Below are positions 38,847 through 48,810 of a stretch of DNA of 64,000 nucleotides, piece by piece. A program made the translations under genes and the position numbers. Location of the stretch: the NCBI GenBank assembly GCA_036405915.1, contig DASWWP010000053.1:26343-90342 (forward strand). The letters run 5' to 3'. Positions within the stretch are counted from its first letter, which is position 1, and the number at the start of each line of letters is the position of its first letter. The DNA is from Pseudomonadales bacterium (GTDB lineage Bacteria > Pseudomonadota > Gammaproteobacteria > Pseudomonadales > Pseudohongiellaceae). The notes beneath the pieces were generated by a model that saw only the letters and a list, made by a program, of their open reading frames with translations, did no database searches and was not told where the DNA came from.

Positions 38847-41063
38847 GTGAAACTGCAAAGACTGCTTGCGATGTCCCCCGCCGAACTCCTTTCCCGCAGC
38901 ACGCAGGAAGCCTTCAAGACCCTCGACCGACTGACGCTGAACACGGCGGGCGCCGAAGCCCCGTGCCTGTTCCGCAAACTGAAGGACGACGAAACGCACA
39001 CCGGCATCATCCGCCAGTTCCGCAGCGGCCACGGCGACAGCGCAGAGCGCCAGGTGGCGCGCCAGTTCCAGACGACAGCGCCCGCGCGCTTCTTTGCCGG
39101 CGCCGGTGAAAACGGCGTAGCGGAACTCGTCAATGACGTGTGCCCGTCCGAGCAGGCCGGTATCCTGAAGAGCGCCGATGCGATCTGCCGCGGCGACTTT
39201 CCGATCCTCGGCTACGGCACGATCTCGTTCGGCAAGCCGATCGACTGGCACCTCGATCCGATTTCCGGCAAGCGCGCGCCGATGGTGCACTGGAGCAAGA
39301 TCAACCACCTCGACCCGAACGCCGTCGGCGACCACAAGGTCGTCTGGGAACTGAGCCGCCACCAGTGGATGCTCGATCTCGGCCAGGCTTACCGCTTCTC
39401 CGGCAACGAGCGCTATGCGAAGACTTTCGCACAGGGCATCGGCGACTGGATGCGCAGCAACCCGCCCGGCCTCGGCATCAACTGGAGCAGCTCGCTCGAA
39501 GCCTCGATGCGGTTGATCGCGTGGTGCTGGTCGCTGTTCCTGTTCCGCGGCTCGAAGTGGCTGACGCCGAGCCTGCAGGTGGAAATGATCGCGTGGATCG
39601 AAACGCACGCGAGCTACATCGAACGCTACCTGTCGCGTTATTTCTCGCCGAACACGCATCTCACCGGCGAAGCGCTCGGCCTGTATTACGTCGGCACGCT
39701 GCTGCCAGGCCTCAAGGATGCCCAGCACTGGGCGGAACTAGGCCGTGAAATCCTGCTGCAGCAACTGCACCACCAGGTGCACGCCGACGGCGTGTATTTC
39801 GAACAGGCCACGCGCTACCAGTACTACACGATCGAGATCTACATGCATTTCGCCGTGCTCGCGCGCCGCAACGGTGACGAACTGCCGGAAGAAGTGAACA
39901 CCGCGCTGCGCAAGATGCTCGACTTCGTGCTCGCACTGCGCAAGCCGAACGGCCAGATCCCGCAGATCGGCGACACCGACGGCGGCTGGCTGTTGCCGCT
40001 CGTGCGCCGCGCGCCCGACGATTTCTCCGGCCTGTTCTCCACCGCCGCCGTGCTGTTCCATCGCGCCGACTATGCCTGGGCCGCCGGCGGCCTCGCGTCC
40101 GAAACGCTGTGGATGCTCGGCACGCAGGCCCACAAGGATTTCGCCGCGCTGCGTCCGGCGCCTCCGCACAGCACTTCCATGCACGTGTTCCGCGACGGCG
40201 GTTATGCCGTGATGCGCAACGGCTGGCAGTCGAAAGCGCACCACATGATCTTCGACGTCGGCCCGCTCGGCTGCGGTCTAAGCGGCGCGCACGGCCATGC
40301 CGACCTGCTGTCGATCCAGGCCAGCGTATTCGGCGAGCCATACATCATCGATGCCGGCACCGGCAGCTACCGCGCCGACGACGAATGGCGCAACTACTTC
40401 CGCGGCACGCGCGCGCACTCGACCATCATGGTCGACGGCATCGGGCAGGCCGAGCCGGCGGGTCCGTTCGCGTGGCGCCAGCCGCGTCCGGCCGCCCGCC
40501 TCGTCCACCACGCGAGCTCTGCCGACATCGACCTCGTCGAAGCCGTGCACGATGCCTACGGCACGCTGCGCGATCCGGTCACGCATCGCAGGCGCATCCT
40601 GTTCGTGAAGGGAGGCGCCGGTTACTGGGTCATCGTCGACGACCTGAGCGGCACCGCGCCGCACAAGCTCGAACTCCGCTACCAGCTCGCCGCGCTCGAC
40701 GTTCGCCGCGAGCAGGAATGGACCCGCATCCGCGGCCGCAACGGCAGCGCGCTGCTCCTGCGCGCCTTCGCGCCGGTGGAGCTCGACACCGAGCTCTGCG
40801 AAGGCCAGCTCGATCCGATCGGCGGCTGGATGTCGCCGAACTACGGCCAGCGCCTGCCCACGCCCTGCCTGACGTATCGCACCGAGCACCAGCTGCCGCT
40901 GCGGATCGTCACGCTGCTGTATCCGCTGCAACACGCCGATAACGCCGCGCCGGACGTCAGCGCACAGATCCGCAGCAGCACCGGCGAGCTCGAACTGACG
41001 ACGGTGACGGGCCGCGAACACTGGATTCGCATCGATGACGACAAGATCGTCATTCGCCAGTAA
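38847..41063 (+). CDS. Heparinase II/III-like protein (alginate-lyase-like N domain + Hepar_II_III domain)
   Basis: 738 aa, GTG start. WHLDP, NHLDPNAVGDHKVVWELSRHQW, GAHGHADLLSIQASVFGEPYIIDAGTGSY. Confidence 0.85.
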   Translation: MKLQRLLAMSPAELLSRSTQEAFKTLDRLTLNTAGAEAPCLFRKLKDDETHTGIIRQFRSGHGDSAERQVARQFQTTAPARFFAGAGENGVAELVNDVCPSEQAGILKSADAICRGDFPILGYGTISFGKPIDWHLDPISGKRAPMVHWSKINHLDPNAVGDHKVVWELSRHQWMLDLGQAYRFSGNERYAKTFAQGIGDWMRSNPPGLGINWSSSLEASMRLIAWCWSLFLFRGSKWLTPSLQVEMIAWIETHASYIERYLSRYFSPNTHLTGEALGLYYVGTLLPGLKDAQHWAELGREILLQQLHHQVHADGVYFEQATRYQYYTIEIYMHFAVLARRNGDELPEEVNTALRKMLDFVLALRKPNGQIPQIGDTDGGWLLPLVRRAPDDFSGLFSTAAVLFHRADYAWAAGGLASETLWMLGTQAHKDFAALRPAPPHSTSMHVFRDGGYAVMRNGWQSKAHHMIFDVGPLGCGLSGAHGHADLLSIQASVFGEPYIIDAGTGSYRADDEWRNYFRGTRAHSTIMVDGIGQAEPAGPFAWRQPRPAARLVHHASSADIDLVEAVHDAYGTLRDPVTHRRRILFVKGGAGYWVIVDDLSGTAPHKLELRYQLAALDVRREQEWTRIRGRNGSALLLRAFAPVELDTELCEGQLDPIGGWMSPNYGQRLPTPCLTYRTEHQLPLRIVTLLYPLQHADNAAPDVSAQIRSSTGELELTTVTGREHWIRIDDDKIVIRQ

Positions 41064-41079
41064 CCGAAAGTAGACATGA

Positions 41080-41135
41080 CCCTGTTGTCATCGCCGCCGT
41101 GGACATTCCTGGTTCGGCGACGACAACAGGGGTTT
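41080..41135 (+). terminator. Long hairpin (15/16 bp) after the heparinase-like gene, followed by GTTTG
   Basis: CCCTGTTGTCATCGCC (41080-41095) pairs with GGCGACGACAACAGGG (41116-41131). The U-run is weak. Confidence 0.5.
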
Positions 41136-41274
41136 GCCCCCCGCTTTCCTGCACACCGAGGGTCTGTCCCCGCACAAGTTCGGTCTTTTTCCCAATACCG
41201 CGGCGGAACTCATCCACGCATCCTTCGCGCAGGTTCATCTCTTTAGCCGATAAGCATTTCCGAGGACCACGCCC

Positions 41275-43239
41275 ATGTGCGGCATCGCCGGCATCCTGAA
41301 ATTCAATTCGCAAGACAACATCGACGAATCTCGCCTGCTGGCCATGCGCGACAGCGTATGGCACCGCGGGCCCGACGAAGGCGGCCTGATCATCGACGGC
41401 CGCGCCGGGCTCGCGCATCGCCGCCTGTCGATCATCGACCTCGCGAGCGGCCAGCAGCCGATGAGCAATGCGCAGCGCACGGTGTGGATCTCGTACAACG
41501 GCGAGGTCTACAACTTCCGCGAACTGCGCACGAGGCTCGAAGCCCTCGGCGCGCGCTTCTCGACGCGTTCCGACACCGAGGTCGTGCTGCGTGCATACGA
41601 GTATTACGGCGAAGACTGCGTCGAGCACCTGCAGGGCATGTTCGCATTCGCCATCTGGGACGCGCCGAAGCAGCGCCTGTTCCTCGCGCGCGACCGCCTC
41701 GGCATCAAGCCGCTGTACTACATGATCTCCGACACGCAGCTGCTGTTCGGCTCCGAGATCAAGGCGATTCTGGCCGAAGGCAGCGTCAAACCCGAATTCA
41801 ACCGCGCCGTGCTGCCCGAGTTCCTTGCGAGCCGCTACGTCACCGGTTCCGAGACCTTCTTCAAGGGCGTCAACAAGCTGCTGCCGGGCCACACGCTGTC
41901 GTGGACGGCGAGCACCGGTTTCCGCAAACGCCGCTACTGGAACCTGTCGGCCGCGCCGCAGGGCCCCGAGCTGTCGCGTGCCGACTACGTCGACATGGTG
42001 CGTTCGAGCCTGAAGGACGCCGTCCAGAGCCACATGATCGCCGACGTGCCGTGCGGCCTGTTCCTGTCGGGCGGCCTCGACTCGAGCATCCTGGCGTCGC
42101 TGATGACGCAGGTGTCGAGCGAACCGGTGCACAGTTTCTCCGTGGCATTCAGCGAGGCACATGCGAACGAACTGGAATATGCGCGCATGGCGGCGCAGCA
42201 CGCCGGCACGCAGCATCACGAGGTGATGGTGTCGCCGGAAGAATTCTTCTCGGCGCTGCCGCACCTTGTGTGGCATGAGGACGAGCCGGTGGCATGGACA
42301 TCGAGCGTGCCGCTGCACGCGGTGTCTTGCCTCGCCCGCAAGCACGTGAAAGTGGTGCTTACCGGCGAAGGCTCAGACGAACTGTTCCTCGGCTACGACT
42401 ACCGCTATCGCGTCACGCACTGGAACAAGCGCCTCGGCGCGATGTACGAAAAACTGCCGCGCGCGATGCGCTCCGGCGTCAGCGGCGCGATCGGCGCGCT
42501 GCCAGGCAGCGCCCGCCGCTATGCCGAGCGCACCTTCCTCGCGCTCGACACCGATCCGCGCCACATGTTCTTCGAGAACTTCTCGGTGTTCCGCCATGAC
42601 CTGCGCAACGCGATGCTGCGACCGGAGCATGGCTTCACGGACAACCCGTACGTCAATGCGCTGAAGCATTACCACGCAGCGGGCGACAACACGCTGCAAT
42701 GCATGAGCCACGCCGACCTGCAGACCTTCCTCGTGGAGCTGCTGATGAAACAGGACCAGATGAGCATGGCTGCGTCGATCGAAAGCCGCGTGCCATTCCT
42801 CGACCACCGCCTCGTCGAACAGGTCGCGACGATCCCGTCGCACGAGAAGCTGCGCTTCTGGCAGACGAAGGCCCTGTTACGCGATGCAGTGAAAGACCTG
42901 GTACCGCGCGCGATCCTCGAACGCAAGAAGATGGGATTCCCGGTGCCGACAAGCGACTGGCTGCGCGGCAAGTACTGGCCCGTCGTCGAGGAATTCGTGC
43001 TCGGGGGCCGTGCGCTCGAGCGCGGCCATTTCAATGCCGATGTCGTGCAGCGCCTCGCGCAGGATCATCGCAGCGGCCGCGCTGACAATGGCGAACGGCT
43101 GTGGCTGCTGATCAACCTCGAAATGTGGCAGCGCATCTTCCTCGACGGTGAAAAGCCAGCTGATCTGTATCCGCGCCAGAAGCCCGTGCTGAGCGAATTC
43201 GCAAGCGAATTCCCGCAGCCCGCGCTCGCCTTGCACTGA
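41275..43239 (+). CDS. Asparagine synthase (glutamine-hydrolysing) family amidotransferase, copy 2
   Basis: MCGIAGILK, RGPDE, NGEVYN, PP-loop FLSGGLDSS. Confidence 0.9.
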   Translation: MCGIAGILKFNSQDNIDESRLLAMRDSVWHRGPDEGGLIIDGRAGLAHRRLSIIDLASGQQPMSNAQRTVWISYNGEVYNFRELRTRLEALGARFSTRSDTEVVLRAYEYYGEDCVEHLQGMFAFAIWDAPKQRLFLARDRLGIKPLYYMISDTQLLFGSEIKAILAEGSVKPEFNRAVLPEFLASRYVTGSETFFKGVNKLLPGHTLSWTASTGFRKRRYWNLSAAPQGPELSRADYVDMVRSSLKDAVQSHMIADVPCGLFLSGGLDSSILASLMTQVSSEPVHSFSVAFSEAHANELEYARMAAQHAGTQHHEVMVSPEEFFSALPHLVWHEDEPVAWTSSVPLHAVSCLARKHVKVVLTGEGSDELFLGYDYRYRVTHWNKRLGAMYEKLPRAMRSGVSGAIGALPGSARRYAERTFLALDTDPRHMFFENFSVFRHDLRNAMLRPEHGFTDNPYVNALKHYHAAGDNTLQCMSHADLQTFLVELLMKQDQMSMAASIESRVPFLDHRLVEQVATIPSHEKLRFWQTKALLRDAVKDLVPRAILERKKMGFPVPTSDWLRGKYWPVVEEFVLGGRALERGHFNADVVQRLAQDHRSGRADNGERLWLLINLEMWQRIFLDGEKPADLYPRQKPVLSEFASEFPQPALALH

Positions 43240-43338
43240 ATTGCCGGGCTGATTCAGCGTTTGGCCTGATACAAACGACGGCGCATCACCGCTGTACTAC
43301 GCGCACTTAATTAGAACCTCGACAGGGGCTGAAAAAAG

Positions 43339-44631
43339 ATGCGTATTTTGTGGGTGAAGATCGGCGGGCTGTGGCCCGCCAACTCCGGTGGCCGGTTGCG
43401 CAGCTACCACATCCTGAACGAACTGGCGCGACAGCACGAAGTCACGATCGTGACGACGCGCCGCCCCGATGAAGACCCGCGCGTGCTCGATGCACAGCTC
43501 GCGCACTGCGAGCAGATCATCCAGGTCCCGGTGAACGCGCCGAAGCACGGCTCGCCGGGCTTCATCAAGGCACTCGCGCAGTCGTGGTTCTCGGACCTGC
43601 CGGTCGACCTGTACAAGTACCGCATTCCGGCGATGCGCCGCGAAGTCGGCAAGCTGCTGCGCCAGGGTAACTTCGACGTGTGCATCGCCGACTTCCTGAC
43701 CGGCCTGCCGAACGTGCCCGAAGGCATCGTGGGCCCCGATGGCGCCCCGGTCCCGGTCGTACTGTTCACGCACAATGTCGAACACATGATCTGGCAGCGC
43801 CTGTGCACGAACGAACGCAATCCGTTGAAACGCCTGCTGCTCGCGATCGAGTGGCGCAAGATGCGCCGCTACGAGCGCCTCGCCTGCCAGCGCGCCGACC
43901 TGACGCTGACGGTGTCCGACGCCGACAAGCAGCTGTTCGAGCAAATGGCCCCAGGGCTGACTGCGCACGCGATTCCGACCGGAGTGGACATCGACTACTT
44001 CAGGCCTGCCACTGACGCTTCCGAGCGCGACCAGCACGTCGTATTCAGCGGTTCGATGGACTGGTTCCCGAATGAAGACGGCATGCTGTGGTTCATGGAA
44101 AGCATGCTGCCGCTGATCCGCGCGCAGCAGAAAGGCATCAGCGTGACGATCGTCGGGCGCAACCCGTCGGCAAAACTCAAACGCATGGCCGAGGAACATG
44201 GCGTCCATGTCACGGGAACGGTCGACGACGTGCGCCCGAGCGTGCATGAAGCGGCCGTCTATATCGTGCCGCTGCGCGTCGGCGGCGGTACGCGCCTGAA
44301 AATTTTCGAAGCACTGGCGATGGGCAAGGCCATCGTCTCCACCACCGTCGGCGCGGAAGGATTACCGCTCGAAGACGGCACGCACCTGGTACTGGCGGAC
44401 ACGCCAGAAGCCTTTGCCAGCCAGGTTCTGCAACTCATCAATGACCCGATGCTCCGCGCGCGGCTTGGCCGCGCCGGCCGTGAGCTCGTACAGGCACGGT
44501 ATTCGTGGCAGCGGGTAGCGGGAGATTTCGAGGCGTTGTGCCGGGCAGCAATGTCGCGCAGGCAGTTCGACACCGCAGGCAACACGTCCAACCAACACCA
44601 ACAGATAGTTACCGGAGGAAGTGAGATATGA
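43339..44631 (+). CDS. GT-B glycosyltransferase (GT4-like)
   Basis: MRILWVKIGGLWPANSGGRLRSYHIL, VVFSGSMDWFPNEDG, VPLRVGGGTRLKIFEALAMGKAIVSTTVGAEGL. Confidence 0.85.
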   Translation: MRILWVKIGGLWPANSGGRLRSYHILNELARQHEVTIVTTRRPDEDPRVLDAQLAHCEQIIQVPVNAPKHGSPGFIKALAQSWFSDLPVDLYKYRIPAMRREVGKLLRQGNFDVCIADFLTGLPNVPEGIVGPDGAPVPVVLFTHNVEHMIWQRLCTNERNPLKRLLLAIEWRKMRRYERLACQRADLTLTVSDADKQLFEQMAPGLTAHAIPTGVDIDYFRPATDASERDQHVVFSGSMDWFPNEDGMLWFMESMLPLIRAQQKGISVTIVGRNPSAKLKRMAEEHGVHVTGTVDDVRPSVHEAAVYIVPLRVGGGTRLKIFEALAMGKAIVSTTVGAEGLPLEDGTHLVLADTPEAFASQVLQLINDPMLRARLGRAGRELVQARYSWQRVAGDFEALCRAAMSRRQFDTAGNTSNQHQQIVTGGSEI

Positions 44632-45935
44632 AAAAAATCAGCGTGTTCGGTCTCGGTTACGTCGGCTGCGTCAGCGCAGCATGTCTCGCCGCAGCGGGAC
44701 TCGAAGTGACCGGCGTCGAGCTCAATAGCGACAAGGTCAACATGATCAACAAGGGCCAGTCGCCGATCGTCGAGCCGGGGCTTGCCGAGCTGCTCGAGAA
44801 AGTAGTCAGCGAAGGCCGCCTGCATGCGACGACGTCGTGTGCCGAAGCCGTGCGCGACTCGTATCTCGCATTCGTCTGCGTCGGTACGCCCGGCGACGGC
44901 AATGGCCAGCTGAGCCTCGATGCACTGCAGCGCGTGTGCTACGAAATCGGCCAGGCACTGCGCGGCGCAGGCCGCATCTACACCGTGGTCGTGCGCAGCA
45001 CGATCCTGCCCGGCACCATCCGCAATGTAGTGACGAGCGCACTGATCGCCGGCGCCGGTGAAGAATTCCGTCCGTTCCTGCGCGTTGCCGTGAACCCGGA
45101 GTTCATCCGCGAAGGCACGGCACTGAAAGACTTCCGCAATCCGCCGTTCACGCTGGTAGGCGCCGAAGACGCGCCGACCGTGCAGCTGCTGCGCTCGATC
45201 TACTCCTCGGTGGATGCGCCGTTCGTCGAAACGACGATCGAAACCGCAGAAACCGTCAAGTATGTCTGCAACACCTTCCACGCTCTGAAAGTCGCCTTCG
45301 CGAACGAAATCGGCGACACCTGCGCCGCGATGGGCGTCGACGGCGTCGAAGTCATGCGCATCGCGTGCATGGACCGCAAGCTGAACATCTCGGAAGCCTA
45401 CCTGCGTCCTGGCTTCGCCTTCGGCGGTTCGTGCCTGCCGAAAGACGTGAAGGCACTCGTGTACGCCGCGCACCATCGCGACGTGCAGGTGCCGCTGCTC
45501 GACGCGATCCTGCCGTCGAACAACGCACAGATCCGCCATGGCATCCAGAACGTGCTGAATACCGGCAAGAAGCGCATCGGCGTGGTCGGCCTGTCGTTCA
45601 AGGAGAACACCGACGACCTGCGCGAAAGCCCACTCGTCACGCTCGTCGAGGCGCTGATCGGCAAGGGCTGCGACCTGAAGATCCTCGACAAGAACGTGTC
45701 GATCGCGCGCCTGATGGGTGCGAACCGCCAGTACATCGAGGAAGAGATCCCGCACATTGCCAACCTGATGTGCGACTCGCCGCAGCAGCTCGTCGAGCAT
45801 GCCCAGGTGATCGTGATCGGCTGCGACAGTCCCGAAGCGCGCAAGGTGCTCGAAAACCTGCGTTCCGACCAGAAGGTCATCGACCTCACGCGCATCACGT
45901 ACAAGGATGCACCGCGCTCGAAGGCTGCTGCATGA
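44628..45935 (+). CDS. Nucleotide-sugar 6-dehydrogenase, AlgD-like (probable GDP-mannose 6-dehydrogenase)
   Basis: MKKISVFGLGYVGCVSAACLA, INKGQSPIVEPGL, FVCVGTP, catalytic GGSCLPKD. Length and N-terminus parallel my recollection of AlgD. ATGA overlap with the upstream GT. Confidence 0.85.
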   Translation: MKKISVFGLGYVGCVSAACLAAAGLEVTGVELNSDKVNMINKGQSPIVEPGLAELLEKVVSEGRLHATTSCAEAVRDSYLAFVCVGTPGDGNGQLSLDALQRVCYEIGQALRGAGRIYTVVVRSTILPGTIRNVVTSALIAGAGEEFRPFLRVAVNPEFIREGTALKDFRNPPFTLVGAEDAPTVQLLRSIYSSVDAPFVETTIETAETVKYVCNTFHALKVAFANEIGDTCAAMGVDGVEVMRIACMDRKLNISEAYLRPGFAFGGSCLPKDVKALVYAAHHRDVQVPLLDAILPSNNAQIRHGIQNVLNTGKKRIGVVGLSFKENTDDLRESPLVTLVEALIGKGCDLKILDKNVSIARLMGANRQYIEEEIPHIANLMCDSPQQLVEHAQVIVIGCDSPEARKVLENLRSDQKVIDLTRITYKDAPRSKAAA

Positions 45936-47518
45936 AAATAGTCCGCACGGTTCTGGCCCTGTACCTGGCGATGGCGGGCGCACTTGCGTCCGCCGACGCG
46001 CCGGAACCTGCGGCGCTGCCCGAACAAAGCGTCGATACGGCGATGCCGGCGAATACCGCGACTCCAATCGCGGTACGCGCCGGCGACAGCTTCCAGGCTG
46101 CACTCGACAGTGCGCAGCCTGGCGACGTGATCGAACTGGAAGCAGGCGCTGAATTCCGCGGCCCCTTTACCCTGCCGAACAAGCAGGGCGAAGGCTGGAT
46201 CGTCGTTCGCAGCGCGCAACATGCGAACCTGCCCGAAGCCGGCACGCGCATCGAGCCGGCGCATGCCGCCTCGATGCCAGTGCTCACGGCCGAAGGCGAA
46301 CCCGTGCTGGCGACCGCGCCGGGCGCGCACCATTTCCGTTTCATCGGCATCGAAATACGCCCGGTGGACGGCAGCTTCATCTACAACCTCGTCGAACTCG
46401 GTGACGGCACCGACACTGCCGACGAGATGGCACACCACATCGTATTCGATCGCTGCTACCTGCACGGCGACCCGCAGAAAGGCGCACGCCGCGGCATTGC
46501 GATGAACAGCGCGCACACCGCCGTGATCGATTCATGGCTCTCCGACTTCAAGGAACCGGGCGCGGACTCGCAGGCCATCGCCGGCTGGGGCGGTCCCGGT
46601 CCGTTCCTGATCCGCAACAACCACCTCGAGGGCGCCGGCGAAAACATCATGTTTGGCGGCGGCGGTCGTCCCGGCATCGAAGGCCTCGTGCCGAGCGACA
46701 TCGAGATTCGCGGCAACTACATGACGAAGCCGCTCGCGTGGAAGGCCGACCATCCGGATTTCGACGGCACGCAGTGGAGCATCAAGAACCTGTTCGAGCT
46801 GAAGAACGCGCGCCGCGTGCTCGTCGAAGGCAATGTATTCGAAAACAACTGGGCGCAGGCGCAGAACGGCATGGCCATCCTGTTCACCGTGCGCAACGAG
46901 GACGGCATCGTGCCGTGGGCCACGATCGAAGACGTGACCTTCACGAACAACGTCATCGCGAACGTGCCGGGTGGCGTGAACATCCTGGCCCGTGACGACG
47001 GCGGCGGCGAAGGCACCGGCCGCGCCGCGCGCATCGTGATCAGCAACAACCTGTTCCGCGACATGCGCGGCGGCGGCCACCTGTTCCAGATCCTCGGTGG
47101 GCCCACGGACCTGACGATCGAACGCAACACGGCGCTGAACCCCGCGAACATCATCATGACCGAAGGCGATCCGACCGAAGACCTGCGCTTTGCCGGCAAC
47201 ATCGTCCGGCACAACGAGTACGGCATCATCGGCAGCGGCACCGGTCCCGGCCTGCAGACGATCGACCGCTACATGCCAGGTGCCGAGATCACCGGCAACG
47301 TGATCGTCGGCGGCAACATGCGCTCGTATCCCGAAGGCAATGACTTCCCCGTTTCCATGGACGACGTCGGCTTTGCCGACAGCGAAGCCGGCGACTTCCG
47401 CGTCAGCCCCTCCAGCCGGCGCGGCAACACGATCACGGCAGGCGCCGACATAGATGCGCTGTGTTCCGCATTCGCCGAGCCCGAGCGCGCGCGACAGTGC
47501 GGTCCGGCACAACAATGA
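45932..47518 (+). CDS. Secreted right-handed parallel beta-helix repeat protein (lyase or epimerase-like)
   Basis: Part of ORF 45365..47518. ATG 45932 overlaps the dehydrogenase stop. Signal peptide MKIVRTVLALYLAMAGALASA. Repeated xxNNxxxG coils (IRNNHLEGAG, VEGNVFENN, FTNNVIANV, ISNNLFRDM, FAGNIVRHN, ITGNVIVGG). Confidence 0.75.
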   Translation: MKIVRTVLALYLAMAGALASADAPEPAALPEQSVDTAMPANTATPIAVRAGDSFQAALDSAQPGDVIELEAGAEFRGPFTLPNKQGEGWIVVRSAQHANLPEAGTRIEPAHAASMPVLTAEGEPVLATAPGAHHFRFIGIEIRPVDGSFIYNLVELGDGTDTADEMAHHIVFDRCYLHGDPQKGARRGIAMNSAHTAVIDSWLSDFKEPGADSQAIAGWGGPGPFLIRNNHLEGAGENIMFGGGGRPGIEGLVPSDIEIRGNYMTKPLAWKADHPDFDGTQWSIKNLFELKNARRVLVEGNVFENNWAQAQNGMAILFTVRNEDGIVPWATIEDVTFTNNVIANVPGGVNILARDDGGGEGTGRAARIVISNNLFRDMRGGGHLFQILGGPTDLTIERNTALNPANIIMTEGDPTEDLRFAGNIVRHNEYGIIGSGTGPGLQTIDRYMPGAEITGNVIVGGNMRSYPEGNDFPVSMDDVGFADSEAGDFRVSPSSRRGNTITAGADIDALCSAFAEPERARQCGPAQQ

Positions 47519-47578
47519 AAAAGTAAGGCGCTGACAGGGCGCGACACTGACAACAATAACGAGAAGAGGTAATCCCAT

Positions 47579-48808
47579 ATGGAAGCCGGCAATGTACTGA
47601 CTATTGCGAGTGATGGCTTTGGTGCGGCGGAAATCGTGTTCTGGAGCGCCGCGTTCCTGCTCGCGTACACCTACGTCGGCTATCCCCTTCTCGCCTGGTT
47701 GCGCAGCCGGCTGTTCCGCCGTGCGCCGCGCAAGAGCGACATCACGCCGCGCATAAGCATCCTGTGCGTTGCACACAACGAAGCCCGGCGCATCCGCGAC
47801 CGCATCGAAAACCTGCTGGCACTCGACTATCCGCGCGAGCTCGTCGAAATCGTCATCGCGTCCGACGCGTCGACCGACGGCACCGTGGACATCGCGCAGG
47901 AATATGCCGCATCCGGCGTGCGCGTCGTGCAGTTCCACGAGCACCGCGGCAAGCCTGCCGTGCTGAACGAACTGATTCCACAGCTGCGCGGCGAAATCGT
48001 CGTGCTGATGGATGCACGCCAGCGCATCGACCTGCAGGCACTGCGCGAACTCGCCGCGAACTTTGCCGACCCGCGCGTAGGCGCCGTCAGCGGCGAACTG
48101 CTGCTCGACCCGGAATCCGGCGATGCACGCACGGGCAAGGGCGTCGGCTTCTACTGGCGCTACGAAAAATTCATCCGCTTCCACGAGAGCCGCGCCGATT
48201 CGACCGTCGGCGCTACTGGTGCGCTGTATGCGCTGCGGCATCGCCTCTTCCAGCCGATTCCGTCCGATACGCTGCTCGACGACGTGCTGATCCCGATGCA
48301 GATCGCGCGCCAGGGCTACCGCGTGCTGTTCGAGCCAGCCGCGCGTGCGTACGACGTCGTCGCGGCGTCGCCGCAGGCCGAGATGACGCGCAAGGTGCGC
48401 ACGATTGCCGGCAACTTCCAGCTGATGTGGCGCGAGCGCTGGCTGCTGAATCCACGCCGTAACCGCCTGTGGTTCCAGACGCTGTCGCACAAGTACTTCC
48501 GGCTGCTCGGCCCCGTCTGCCTTGCACTCGTACTCGCCAGCAACCTGCTGCTGCTCGAATATCCGTTCTATGACGTCGTCCTCGCGCTGCAGGTGCTGTT
48601 CTACGCCGCGGCCGTTGCGGGCCACATGAGGAAGAATGCCTCCGGATCGTCGATGCTGATGAACGTCGCCTATGCCTTCTGCATGCTGAACTGGGCGACG
48701 GTGCTCGGCTGCTACCGCTTTGCCTGCGGACGCCAGCAGGTCACCTGGCAGAAAGCGCAGCACGCCGCTCCGGCGCCTGCCGCGCAACCTTCCGCCGGAG
48801 ACCAGTAA
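47579..48808 (+). CDS. Membrane-embedded family-2 glycosyltransferase
   Basis: N-terminal TM, ISILCVAHNEA, ASDASTDGT, VLMDARQ. Three or four C-terminal TM segments. Confidence 0.85.
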   Translation: MEAGNVLTIASDGFGAAEIVFWSAAFLLAYTYVGYPLLAWLRSRLFRRAPRKSDITPRISILCVAHNEARRIRDRIENLLALDYPRELVEIVIASDASTDGTVDIAQEYAASGVRVVQFHEHRGKPAVLNELIPQLRGEIVVLMDARQRIDLQALRELAANFADPRVGAVSGELLLDPESGDARTGKGVGFYWRYEKFIRFHESRADSTVGATGALYALRHRLFQPIPSDTLLDDVLIPMQIARQGYRVLFEPAARAYDVVAASPQAEMTRKVRTIAGNFQLMWRERWLLNPRRNRLWFQTLSHKYFRLLGPVCLALVLASNLLLLEYPFYDVVLALQVLFYAAAVAGHMRKNASGSSMLMNVAYAFCMLNWATVLGCYRFACGRQQVTWQKAQHAAPAPAAQPSAGDQ

Positions 48809-48810
48809 CC

